A stretch of DNA of 63,864 nt, filler included, from Reticulomyxa filosa (lineage: Eukaryota; Protista; Foraminifera), in assembly GCA_000512085.1 (NCBI GenBank). It is 20 parts of 20 records of this genome, joined end to end, with 100 filler letters (N's around TTAATTAATTAA, not from the genome) between each part and the next. Parts side by side here need not be neighbours in the genome. Positions count along the whole stretch, not along the records: positions 1 to 4,498 come from ASPP01029112.1; positions 4,599 to 10,196 come from ASPP01034984.1; positions 10,297 to 11,787 come from ASPP01000219.1; 17 more parts are not named here. The stretch is one strand, 5' to 3'. A model generated the notes under the pieces. That model was not told the DNA's origin, ran no database searches, and worked only from the letters and a program-made list of their open reading frames with translations. Below are positions 1 through 11,887 of this stretch, one piece after another; position 1 is the first letter of the stretch, and each line of letters opens with the position of its first letter. The position numbers and the translations under genes are program-made.

Positions 1-1474
1 AAAAAAAATGTACTAAAAAAATAAAAATATATGCATTCAATATTCGCATATACACACATTGGACAGACAGCATCTTTTACATGCTAACCAAAGGATACAA
101 TCGCAATCTGCGGTAACCATTGGAATTGTGCCAGCATGAGCAATACTATTATTGCAATAGTGACAATTGTGCAACTGTGCATGGAATTAACGAAATTAAA
201 AGGAAAAAAAATAGTTGTAGAAAAGTTTTATGAAGAAAGGTTTTTTGGTTATTTCATAAAATAAAACATAATAAACAATTTCATTTGATAATCTTTTTTT
301 TAAAAAAGGGAATCATTAATTGGAATATTTGACAGACAAATCTACAATAATATTTTACAAAAAATTACCATTTTCATTATGTGCTTCTTTTTTTAGATAG
401 TATTGGCCATCTTTCAATTTTTGAATAAAGACAGGTTGCACCACACTCCTGCTTTCTGCGCAATTCACACATGAAGAGCAAGCATATTTATGTTTGTTCG
501 TTGTGCAATGATATATCCGACAATACTTATTTTTTCAGTTGCAATTATGATTTATTTTGTGTGTTGCATTCGCATTCATAAATATTTTTAATCATACATG
601 ATTACCTCTAGCACAATCGTGACAGACAAAAGGCTAGAACAAAGATGAAATATTTGACAGTTTGTGAAAACAGGTAACAAAAATGTTTACGTGGCAAATT
701 AACACACTTTTCAATAATTCTTTTAGATTTTGTTATGTTTTAAAAGCAATTTGATTTATAATGCTGGTCAAACGTTTTCCCTTTTGTTAGCAATTTTTCC
801 GATTTATCAAATATATCAAGGATCTGTAGCTTGCAATTTTTTGGAAACAGTCTTAAAATGAAAAAGTAACTAATAAATGAAAAAAAGTACATTTCCTTTT
901 TGCTTTTTTTATGGCTTCTTTTGTTAAAGAAAGATTTAGATATATTTTCATTAAAAAATAGAGTTTGATTAGCAGGTACAATAACAAGCTCACGAACGTA
1001 CGCTCTATTGGGTAGTTTGCAAACATCAAAAAGAGTAAGTGATATCTTCAGGCAATACTTTTCGTCAATCTAGTAAATCCATTGTAAATATAATTATCCT
1101 ATGTACTCTTTCAAGTTTCTAAATCTACTTTTCCAGAGTAAGCTAATAAAAAAAAAAAGAAATAATCAACAAATTCATTTAATTGAAATTGAACAAACAA
1201 AAAAAAGAGGTGTAACATTAACGTGAAAACATATAACTGAACGTCTTTACAAATGATGACAAAAGCAGCTTTACTAACGCAACAAACAAAAGCAATGATA
1301 AAATGTTTCTTCAAAGAAAAGAATGCTATATTGATACCTGTTGAATGTGTACGTTATTCCAAGACTTTCAGCACACATTTTAAACGTATAATAGACAAAG
1401 AAAGCAAAAAAAGCTAAAAAAAAAAAACGAAAGAAAAAGTTTTATAAAAAAAGAAAAGGGTGCGAACAGTTTTT

Positions 1475-1587
1475 AAAAAAAAAGCAAAGGAAGGAAAAAG
1501 CGAAAAATAAAAAATCAAATCAGGCGGCGCCCTCAGGCGCCGCCGAACGACTTTTTCTTTTTGCTTTTGTCTTCCTTTGCTTTTTTT
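1475..1587. repeat. Long palindromic (hairpin) repeat element, copy 1
   Basis: Arms AAAAAAAGCAAAGGAAG...CTTCCTTTGCTTTTTTT enclose a perfect 9-bp GC hairpin GGCGGCGCC-ctca-GGCGCCGCC (1523-1544). A near-identical copy lies at 26319-26419. Confidence 0.85.
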
Positions 1588-4498
1588 GCCATTAGCTATA
1601 AAAGTTGATCGAAAGTATGTGTGACATATATAAAAAAAATATATACACTGGTAATATATTATGAAGTTTTATATCGATATATCGATATCCAATAAACTTT
1701 GAAATGTTGTTTTCAAAAGTAGAAATCGACAGAAATACGTCCGTGGAATCGCGGAGTTTGGTACTTTAGGCATGAGGTATTGGAAAGATAACATTGAAAA
1801 TGAATATAGGTAAAGTGAATATTTACGTGTAAACTTGTTTGTAAAAGAATATGGGTATAACCAAAAAAGTGATACTTTTTTTTTTTAATTTTATTAATTT
1901 TTTTCTGGAAAAAAATAAGCTGAGCTACTCAAAGTAAATAAAGAAAAGCATGAAATTTACAATGGATTTACTGCAGATTATCTTAAAAAGAGTCATATAA
2001 TGAAAATGGTAATATTTTTTTAAAAAACTTTAACTGAACAATGTAACGTCAAAACGGACTTGATTTTTGATCAAAATTTAATTTTTGTTTGCTTCACTTT
2101 GAGTCAACAAACATATTAACACAAATTAAGACAAGAAATTTAAATAAATACAACAAAACATTTTTCCTAATTTTGAATTATTTTCATTACTTTTTTGTTT
2201 TGTTAACACGTTTATTGTCAGTTGTGTCCCTTGAAGTGTTTTCGTAAGAATTTTATTTCAACACTCTTAACAATGGTCGCGCGACGTTTAAAAAAAAAGT
2301 ACAAACTTTTTTGATAAAGCCAGCATTAGTTATCATTTGTGCTTAGTTGCCTTTGTTTTATTATTTGGCTGAAATGAAAGAAGTTAAAATAGCAAAAGTC
2401 GAACAAGCGGGAATTAGAAATTATTTCTTTAAGAAATTATTTGCGACAATATTTAAAAACAAATTTTTATTTTCTGGTAATGAACGATGCAGTCAACATC
2501 TTTGCACGCGAATATAATAGTATTCTAAGATAAATGATTGACGCGTGAATGATATACTAAGAAAATTACTGGTACACGTGATGATATCATTGATTTATGA
2601 TAAATCATATTGTGAGAGGAGGAAACATTCAAAGCAAAGAGGCAAATCACACAGTTAAATGGATCAAAGAGAAAAAGAAAGTAATTTTGACTGACTTCAA
2701 AATTGCGTTAGCTGCAACCCTTCCACTTGCAGTTCAACTTTTACTTACGTCATTTTTTTTAAATAAAAATTCTAAGGACAGTAAATAATTGAAATTAACA
2801 TTAATGCAAGACCATAAACTTTCTTTGTGACTTTGTGTTCTTTACATAATTAACTTGTTTAAGATCAATGCATGATTCATAAATTTGCAATACAAGAACA
2901 GTATTTGTTATTCATTATCATACTCTTAAATATATTCATTGTTATCCAATTAAATTTATAAACAATGATAAAAAAAAAGATATTACTTTATCATCTTTTG
3001 GTGGTTATCGTAAACACACATTGATAATGAAATATATAAGGTTTGGAATGGTGATTATAATAATAGAAACATTGATTTAAATACTTTCCGATTTATCAAA
3101 AAGAAGTATTTTGCGCATCACCAGTGCTTGCCAACAGTAACAACAACGCCAAAACATAAAAGCGCAAAGAAATCATTTCAGTACCGATTAAACAAAAAGG
3201 AAAAAAGTGTGTATGTGTCCCACTATCATGTCACAATATATCGTCTTAAGGAAAGCAGAAAAGAAAAATACTTGGACAAATAGGAATCAACAATGAACAA
3301 CTCAAAACTCTAAATATTCAATAAATATTCTTAATTTTCAAAATATGCTGATAAGTACAATAGGAGCTCTTTTATGGTGTTATTTGAATATATAAGTTTA
3401 AGAAACGTCATTTGTTTTCTTTTTTGTATACGCAGTTAAAAAAAAAAGGGTCCAAATTAAGACTATTCATTTGAACTCTTTTTGTCAAGAACAATACAAG
3501 AAAACTTCTTGAAAGAAAAAAAATGTCAGTGAGTGAGCCCTTTTGTGGGTTGAAAGAAGGAAACAGTAGCAGAAGAATAGCAAAGAAAGCAGGTACTGTT
3601 TTTCTGTATGACGAATAGTGACGTGGAAAAATTTGATAACTTGAAAACCAAGGAATTGCTTAGTCCAGTGAGTATAGAAAGACGAAAACACTTTGAATAA
3701 TTCATCTTTGCTAATTCGTCCGTCATTTTATCTAAATCCTAAATTCAGAAAATATATTGAAGTTATTCAATCTGGTGATTCGCTCGTTACAAAAGTGCTT
3801 TGAAACGTGCTAATATTATATGCAATTCTAGCCAATTATTTCTATTTTACTCATCAAAAGAGGAGTATTTTTATCTTTAAAAGGCATGAATATTGCTTAT
3901 TCTGTTTGGCTGAGTTTTGGATGTGTATGCAGTTTTTGTTTATTTTATTTCTTCGATCTTATCACATGATCTCTTTTTTTTAACAAAATATAGGGAGCCT
4001 TTGTTGGAAAGGAGATTTTTGTTGGGACTTATTTGTTAAGATTTTCTTTTCCTGATTAGTCAAAACTCTTTCAAAATTCTGTCATTGACTTTCTTCTCAC
4101 CATTCGATTTTTAATTGCTTTTTTTCTCTCAGTGAGTATCCTTAGCCCCACTGACACTTCATTATCGACAGGACGTATCTTATATTCCTTTATTTCCGTC
4201 CATCTTACAAAACAATACCGCAAATTTTATTTTAAAAATTACGTGATTGAATTTTTATTTAAATTATGAAATAACTTGAATAGTTAATTCACAAAACCGC
4301 AAATGCAATTCAAAGATTTCACAGCGTGTACCTATTTGTTTTTATTATTGATTTTGTAATTGAAAAAAAATTACATCACACCGTCAAATTATGTAAATAT
4401 AACTTTTTTGATGGGAAAAATTGTCCTACGTAGCAGACTTTGAGTTGGTGCATTTGACATGTTGCCGTTGACAATGACAGCAAAGCCCATAACACACA

Positions 4499-4598
4499 NN
4501 NNNNNNNNNNNNNNNNNNNNNNNNNNNNNNNNNNNNNNNNNNTTAATTAATTAANNNNNNNNNNNNNNNNNNNNNNNNNNNNNNNNNNNNNNNNNNNN
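4499..4598. other. Artificial contig-joining spacer (first of 19)
   Basis: N44-TTAATTAATTAA-N44, with stops in all six frames. Others start at 10197, 11788, 15489, 18097, 20792, 23148, 26431, 27746, 36559, 38926, 40570, 41953, 48697, 49988, 51647, 53447, 55288 and 62746. Confidence 0.99.
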
Positions 4599-6344
4599 TT
4601 TGATGTTTTCTTCAACTCCCAGACTTTTCCTTGTGGCTTTTACTCATACATAGGGACGAGTCCTTCGTGAAATGGAGTGATCCTTTCACTCATTTTGAGA
4701 TGCTGCAGAAAGTGGTCAACGAATTGCACACGAAAAAATTGAAAAACTTTATCAACTTGAAAGAAGATCCCGAAATCAAGGAAATGAAAGATGCAAGTGA
4801 ATCTGATGATGACATTATGCGATTAACACCACAGGAGTGGTTGAAACGATGGCTGAACAATCGCTTGGGGAAATCAGTCAATACTCCGATTGAAGACTAT
4901 ACTGAAACTATATACGCTGTAATGAAAGTCATTGATCCCGCATTTGCGACCTCCGCACCTGTGGAGACCTTCAACACAGATCCGACCATAGCTTCACAGC
5001 ATATGGTATGCAATATACAACACACACTCCACGTATTCCTTTTACGAAAAAAATGAGTGCGAAAAGAGTCAATGCTCACACAGACACAATCACAGTGTTG
5101 ATCTTCATACAACAATATAGGTGAGATTTGCGCGCACGAAATGGGGAATAAATGTCCACTTGCAAGCCAATGACCTGGTCGCGCGTCACCAAAAGTTCTA
5201 TAGACAAACAACATTTACATTAATAGATAAATAACAAACAAAGAAAAATTGTGCGTGATGTGCATTTGGGGGAAATAAAGATTGCAAGAATTGTTCGTGG
5301 CACAAATGTTCGAAGTAAAAAGTGGCTTCGAGAAAAAATCAAAAAGCAAAAAAGCGCGCGGTAGCGCAAAGAATCCAGCTTCTGCAGATGATGGAATGAT
5401 TTCATTCATAAACTCGGTTTTGCCTCCTGAATTACAAATTAACGATTTGAGCAGAGATATGTCCGACGGGTAATATATTTTTAACTTTTTTCCCCCCCTT
5501 AATGATTGATTAATTGTCCTCTTTGAAATGGTTACCCTAAATAACAGCATAGTGTTGTGTCGTTTGCTCGACAAAATGAAACCTGGTTGTATCCACTGGA
5601 AGGCAGTGCAACTAAAACCTCGTCAAAAATTTGATAAGATTGGCAACTGCAGCTATGCAATGGGAGTGTGTGGCAAAGAATTTCCTTTTTCCCTTGTCGG
5701 AATTGGTGGTGAAGATGTCCACAATGGAAATCAGAAAATGATCCAGTCATTGTTGTGGCAAATGATGAGATATTGGAGTACTAAGAAATTGAGTGAACTG
5801 TCTTTTGGTGGTAAGGATGTGAAAGATGAAGATATATTGCAATGGGCCAATCTTACAATCAGTGGTTTGCGTGATCGACATTCATCAGAAATTCGATCAT
5901 TTAAAGACAAAAAATTGACCACAGGTTAGTTTTTTGTTTTATTTATCTTTTCTTTTTCTTCAAAGACCACACAAATATTTGCTGTGGTGGCGTGTGTTGT
6001 TTGCAGCGATTTTCTATTTGGAGCTGTTGAAAGTAGTGTTAGGAGAAGAACATGTTCGAGACGATTTGATCTACTTCAACATTCCAATCTTGTCAAATCC
6101 CAGAGCACCTGACGAGCATAGCAAAGAACGACTTGCAAATGCCCGCTATGCAATGACTATCATTCGAATGAACGGTGCTGATTTGTTTATATTACCAGAA
6201 GATTTAATTGCATTGGACAATAAGGCAGTTCTTTCGACTTTAGCTGCTATAATGACGATTGCATTCACTCAAGATAAAATCGATCATGATACCCATCACG
6301 ACGAGGTTTCGCTCATGATTTCCGAGCAACTTATCAACGGTTGA
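4599..6344 (+). CDS. PLS: Plastin/fimbrin-like actin-bundling protein (tandem CH domains), 5'-partial, 4 introns
   Basis: Spliced translation has fimbrin CH3/CH4 motifs: INSVL..DMSDGIVLCRLLDK, IGNCSYAM, FSLVGIGGEDVHNGNQKMIQSLLWQMMRY, DEDILQWAN, IRSFKDK, NARYAMTIIR..GADLFILPEDL. GT-AG introns keep the frame. Confidence 0.88.
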
Positions 6345-7989
6345 TCATACAGAAGAGACATAAGATAGGACAAGATTTGGTTCACTTGTATGAGAATTTT
6401 TTTGGGTGTATCTATTTGGTCAGTGGTGACCTCAAATATCAAAGTTGTAACACATTTGCTGGATGTTGAGGTTTTGCTTGTCGATTTTGTTCACTTTCGA
6501 TTGAAGACAATCCAAACAAAAAATTATCATTTCGCAACTTCTAATTCATTTGCAACATATGACATCGTGGCAAAATAAACTTGAAAATTATATACTAATG
6601 CATCAGTACAAAAAAACTAACTGTAATCACTGATGTGACACTAAATGCAATTTTTTTCATATATAAGACATTATTAGCATGTGAATGGAAATTATTTGTG
6701 GATTTCATTTTATATCAAAATATGGTACTGATTATAGTATTATTCGAATAATACTTAGTATATTTCACAAACATGTTGTACTAAATTTTTCATATCTTTT
6801 GACGAAAGCTGTAAAGGATACAAGTGATCGCAGTGTATATAGTTCAGTAGTGAACCAGATACTTGCGACAATGCAAATATTATTTTCACAAAGATGTAAA
6901 AAAAGATATAAATTGTTGATTAAAGAATTACGAAGAACCAAACAAGAATTATCTAAGTAGGCATAATGTGTATTGTGTAAGAAGAATCATACTGGCGATC
7001 AAGTAACTAGAAGATAGAATACATTCTTTCAAAAGAAAGAATCTTTGATATATTCAAATTAAACATAAGACTGACAACAAGAATAAATAAATCAAAACGT
7101 GCAAATTAAAGAAGAGATAAAGAATAAAAACAAAGTGGCAGAACATCAACCAGTTCAAGACAGCATATAATAATTTTTTTTAGATGATAAACTGCAAACT
7201 AAATTGGCAAGCCTTATCCAATAAAAAAATAGTGCGCTTTTTAAAAAAAAGATAAAAAGACTTTGTTAATACGACAAACTTACATCATAAATATTATAAT
7301 GTTGATAAAATAAAATAACAATTTTTATTTAACAAATCTTAAAAAAAATAAATTCAATATAGATAAGGACAAAGTGTAAGATGAATCATAGTTGTGAGTG
7401 CAACAATATGTGATATTATATGAAAGGCCTTTTTGTTAGTGTAGAAAGTTATCTATCTTTAAAAAAAAATCTTAAACTAATCTTTTCCAATTCACTTTAT
7501 CAAAAATAGTGGAACCATTGATAAAATTTGCACTCACATTGGAAGAAACGAGATTAGGCTCAAAACTTTTTGGACAAATTATGTATAGCAACATTCATAA
7601 TCGAACATTTACACGTCATGACAAGACGATTGGATCAATTTTAATTTTAATTTCTGCAAATCAATGTTGCATGTTTCGGCTATGGATAAAAAACGGTCGT
7701 TCGCAACATTACATCTTTCAACATTAACTCTTTTTGTTAAGCGCATAAAAATAAACTTAATACATTAACAAAAAGTAATTGAAAAAATGGAATTTGGTTT
7801 CCAAAGGACGAATACTTTATGTGTGTTAGTAACTTAGTCTACAACGACAAATCTTTGGGCTAAACTATTCACTTTTAATCATAAAAAAAGGTAGCCTGGC
7901 ATCTTCTGCACAGCATACAAAAAGCAAAACACATACAGTATTTCAAGGCAATAAAAAAAGTTAAAAAAAAAAGCTTAAACACAAAAAAT

Positions 7990-8100
7990 TAAAAAAACGA
8001 TGAAAAAACAAAACAAAAATAAAAATATATGCCAGGCGGCACTATGTGTCGCCTGATGTAAAGTTTTACTTTTTTTCGGTTTTTTTAATCGTTTTATTTT
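7990..8100. repeat. Diverged relative of the palindromic hairpin element
   Basis: Core CAGGCGGCAC-tat-GTGTCGCCTG (8033-8055) between an A-rich left arm (AAAACGAT) and a T-rich right arm (ATCGTTTT). The core begins CAGGCGGC, as in copy 1. Confidence 0.6.
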
Positions 8101-8305
8101 TTTTTGCTTCTCTTTAAAAACTACTAATAAAACCTTTGAAATTCACATGAACTACTTTGTTCATTATCAAAGTTTCTTCATTGACTGACAAAAGTGGTTG
8201 GACATAGACTTAGACTTAGATTTATTTATTTTTCCTGCACTAAGCAATGCTTTTGAACTTCATAAGTCATAAGTCTTTCTTTTATTTTTGTGTTTCTTTT
8301 TTGAG

Positions 8306-8599
8306 TACTGTGTTCTATTTCTTAGAACGAGGTGCTCTTTTAACTAGAAAGACCTGAGTTTGTGCAGGTAGAGAGGGCAAAAAGCAGTTCAAGTTGAGGA
8401 TGAAGCGAAAGAGTAGTCCAATACTTGACACGCCCACACTGCAACCCATCAAAAAAAAAAAAAAAAAGATGCTGCCAAAGGACAAGGGCTAAATGGAAAT
8501 GAAAGTAAAGATGGACCTCAAAGGCTTCTTTTTTTTTTTAGCAAGAATGAGACCTTATCTAAGTTAAAATGAGCACCTCGTCCCAAAAGGGACACAGTA
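8306..8599. mobile_element. Non-autonomous MITE (Tc1/mariner-type: TA target duplication, ~40-bp imperfect TIRs)
   Basis: Left end TA|CTGTGTTCTATTTCTTAGAACGAGGTGCTCTTTTAACTAGA and right end TCTAAGTTAAAATGAGCACCTCGTCCCAAAAGGGACACAG|TA are inverted repeats. The element is 290 bp and non-coding. A partial second copy lies at 9660-9790. Confidence 0.7.
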
Positions 8600-8712
8600 C
8601 TCTAATGAAAACAAACAAAAAAATGGAAAAGATCAACAAAACATATCAAAAATTCACACAATCAACAACAACAAGTGAAAAAAAAATTTTAAGTTTTAAT
8701 TTAAATAACAAT

Positions 8713-9609
8713 ATGCGGGCAGATTAATGAAACATTAAATGACAGTATGCAAGGTGGCATTGGAAATAATGGATATGGAGTTGGAAATGGAATTAATTAT
8801 GGTATTAATATGCCAGATTCCAGGAATAAACACCAGGAACAAACACCAGCAACAATCCAAGATAACGCCGAATGCTATGGACATTGACACAATGGCATAA
8901 GGCGGATTGCTATTAAGCGAAAACAACCAGATGTGGTTTGACGGATGATAATATGAAAAAAGCAAAGTATCAATCGTCGACACTTCAAGTTGCAGTACAG
9001 GTCTCAATTATGCAACAAAATGAAGAGAAAAAAAAAATATATATATATCTATCTGATCATCTGACAAGTACAAAAGCAAAAAACTTGAAACTAGTTTGGA
9101 AGTATCTTTTTTGGCAACATCTTCCAAGATTTGAAGATTTTGAAGATTAGATCTTGGTACCTGAAATCTCAGGAAATTTCTTGATCTAATTATGATCAAG
9201 TACCAAAAACTAAAAAATATGAAAATAATAGTAAAGTTATGGAAAAACTTCCAGCTCTAATTATTGATTTTACTCGAGATCACAAAGTAAATCCAAGTCA
9301 GGAAAACTTATGCTACGACTGAACCAGCAATATCGTCCAAATATGAAAGTGATTGTCGATCAAATAAATCAAGTAGCAGGAAAAAATTTAACATGTAATA
9401 TAGTAGACAGTGAATACAAAATGAAGGAAGTTGTAGTAAAGGATATTGGTCCAGATGAAGATATTAATGACATTCGATTAGAGTTGGAAAGTGATGGACA
9501 CAATCAGTTGTCCATATTCACTACAAAACAGCAGAGCGTTGAAGAAGGAAAAAATAATGAATTGGTCCTGTCAAAGGAAAAATCGGGAAAAAACCAAGCC
9601 ATAAAGTAA
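8713..9609 (+). pseudogene. Decayed gag/ORF1-like sequence of a non-LTR retrotransposon
   Basis: Broken coding-like sequence. The 3' piece KEVVVKDIGPDEDINDIRLELES resembles the RRM-like region of LINE ORF1 proteins, and it sits next to an endonuclease remnant. Confidence 0.4.
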
Positions 9610-9659
9610 CTCCATTCATAAAGAAAGAAAAAAGTGCAACGATTCAGCACAGATATCAA

Positions 9660-9790
9660 GTGCTCTTTTAACTAGAAAGCCTGAGTTTATGCAGGTAGAG
9701 AAGCAAAAAGCAGTGCGAGTTAACGATGAAGCAAGAGAGTAGTCCAACACTTGACACGCCCCACTGCAACACATCTAAAAAAAAAAAGAT
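9660..9790 (+). repeat. Partial direct copy of the MITE at 8332-8470
   Basis: GTGCTCTTTTAACTAGAAAG...GAGTAGTCCAA.ACTTGACACGCCC...A-run-GAT aligns over about 130 bp with scattered mismatches. Confidence 0.9.
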
Positions 9791-9849
9791 TGGGGGATGC
9801 ACATCCAATTCAACATCTATTCTCCAATTGCTAACAAATGGAAGAATAA

Positions 9850-10175
9850 ATGATAATGTGTTCAGTTATTTTCTGAGCTGATTTTAATTCTTGCTCGAAT
9901 GCTTGGATGTTAAATTGCTGCTTATACTGCAGATTTCAATAGAAGCTGCATAACAATAATGATTTCTTTTGATCAGGACAAGATATTTCCACCCAACACG
10001 ATTCATAACCAAATATATTAAATGTATCAGCCATGTTATTGAATGATCGTAATGTGGAATGCACATCTCTTCGACATAACACTCCAGTGGTATAATGCAA
10101 ATTTTGTTCTAGTATTTTGGCCTTGGAATAAAATCCGTTGATATTATTTTGGAATACTAATAGACTTCTGATCAT
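9850..10175 (-). pseudogene. Decayed APE-type endonuclease domain of a LINE ORF2
   Basis: LLVFQNNINGFYSK (APE motif I-like) and ESCWVEI..KKSLLLCSFY are typical of LINE endonucleases. The region has an internal deletion and stops. Confidence 0.55.
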
Positions 10176-10300
10176 AGATCCATTTCCTTATTGGTANNNN
10201 NNNNNNNNNNNNNNNNNNNNNNNNNNNNNNNNNNNNNNNNTTAATTAATTAANNNNNNNNNNNNNNNNNNNNNNNNNNNNNNNNNNNNNNNNNNNNAAGA

Positions 10301-10506
10301 AATTTTACCAAATCAAACGAAAGAATAAAATTTTTGAAAAAATTGGAAAGACTTAATAAAAAACCAAAATAATATTTAAAAACTACACGATTTGTAGATA
10401 TTTTTTTTTTAAAATTTTTGATTAAATGTTGTTTTTTCACGGAGAAACACAATCATCTCTATAATGTGGCATTTTAGGTATCAATTTTCTTTTTTATCTT
10501 AATGTA
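10301..10506 (+). repeat. Left arm of a 206-bp perfect inverted repeat
   Basis: Reverse complement of 11582-11787. The ORF track shows the same peptide MCFSVKKQHLIK... on opposite strands. Confidence 0.95.
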
Positions 10507-10965
10507 AGTTGGAACAGTTACACTAGCATTTGCAACCAGTGGAAGAATATATAAATAATATTCAACAGTGGCTGTCCAATTATCAACAGCAATTGAATGT
10601 TGCATTGGCACAATTGTATAATTGGTTCTACAAAGATTAATATTGTGGCCAGTGCATTGTGTAAAGAAAATAAGTAGTGATATTCGCAGATTGTAGCACC
10701 AAGCAATAGTCAGGATTAGTTGTTCAATTGATTGAGTTATAGTTCCCAATTAAATTGATAACAACAATAATTACAATCGAAATTAAATCAATTTGACAAG
10801 CATTGAATCATGTGCAATGACATTACAAAGACACAGATTTAAGTGTTGTTATTGTTTCTGATTACAAATTTGCTGCAGTTCACAACAAGTTAATTCACAA
10901 ATTATAATTTCACATCACATATTGCCAGATATTAATGAATAACATTGTAGAAAATTAAGAACGAA

Positions 10966-11570
10966 ATCTATTGGATTAATGGCATTCATGCATTCCAGGA
11001 AACAAACTATCAGATGATGCAATATTCAAAGCATAAATATAATAACATGAGTTATTCAGAAGGCAAGACAAGTAATCTCAGTTACTGCGTGTTCATATAC
11101 TGAATCTATTCTTCATATAATAATGGAACAAGCATTAGACAAATGACTTGAATGAAATATAGCAGCACAAGCATCCGCAACAATTTATTTTGATCGTGAT
11201 TGAAGCAAAATCACTTGAAAAGATTGCTCCACAAGTTGGAAGCTCACGAACGCAGATTTATTTGCAGAACCATTACTGGCAAATCGATACTGAATGGTTT
11301 ACTGTTCAAGATCAAACGATAGTACACACCAGATTGCAATTGATGCGAATGAGAAGAAACACTTCCTGATTGAATGCCCACTTATGAAGGACTTATAGAC
11401 GCATTGATAGCAGCAATCAATGCGTTGTTGCTGCATCTTCAATTCGGGACATCGAACATGCGGAGTTTGGTGGCTGACGACAATACATTGGACACCTCTA
11501 CAAGAATCAAAGCTGTCAATGAACTTACAAAGTTCATTGTGACGACTTAAAAAAGATTTAAATTCAACTT
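10966..11570 (+). pseudogene. Decayed 3' end of a LINE ORF2 (RNase H C-terminus and CCHC zinc knuckle)
   Basis: Across frameshifts it reads IYWI.G/HSCIPGNKLSD (RNase H W..GH.GI.GN..AD motif), then RRFICRTITGKSILNGLLFKIKR*YTPDCN*CE*EET/HFLIECP and KAVNELTKFIVTT*KRF. Confidence 0.72.
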
Positions 11571-11581
11571 AAAATTTATTC

Positions 11582-11787
11582 TACATTAAGATAAAAAAGA
11601 AAATTGATACCTAAAATGCCACATTATAGAGATGATTGTGTTTCTCCGTGAAAAAACAACATTTAATCAAAAATTTTAAAAAAAAAATATCTACAAATCG
11701 TGTAGTTTTTAAATATTATTTTGGTTTTTTATTAAGTCTTTCCAATTTTTTCAAAAATTTTATTCTTTCGTTTGATTTGGTAAAATT
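11582..11787 (-). repeat. Right arm of the 206-bp perfect inverted repeat
   Basis: Exact reverse complement of 10301-10506. It runs to the contig end. Confidence 0.95.
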
Positions 11788-11887
11788 NNNNNNNNNNNNN
11801 NNNNNNNNNNNNNNNNNNNNNNNNNNNNNNNTTAATTAATTAANNNNNNNNNNNNNNNNNNNNNNNNNNNNNNNNNNNNNNNNNNNN

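Noticed and set aside
4499-4598. Recurring TTAATTAATTAA motif between N-runs
   Set aside because: Assembly linker with stops in all six frames. It is not biological, and adjacency across it means nothing.
8360-8390. CAGG...AGCAG segment within the 290-bp element as a possible SRP RNA helix 8
   Set aside because: The intervening bases do not form the required stem and tetraloop. TIRs plus TA flanks fit a MITE better.
10249-10452. Twin ORFs MCFSVKKQHLIK... on opposite strands
   Set aside because: By-product of the inverted repeat. AT-rich, with no coding signature.
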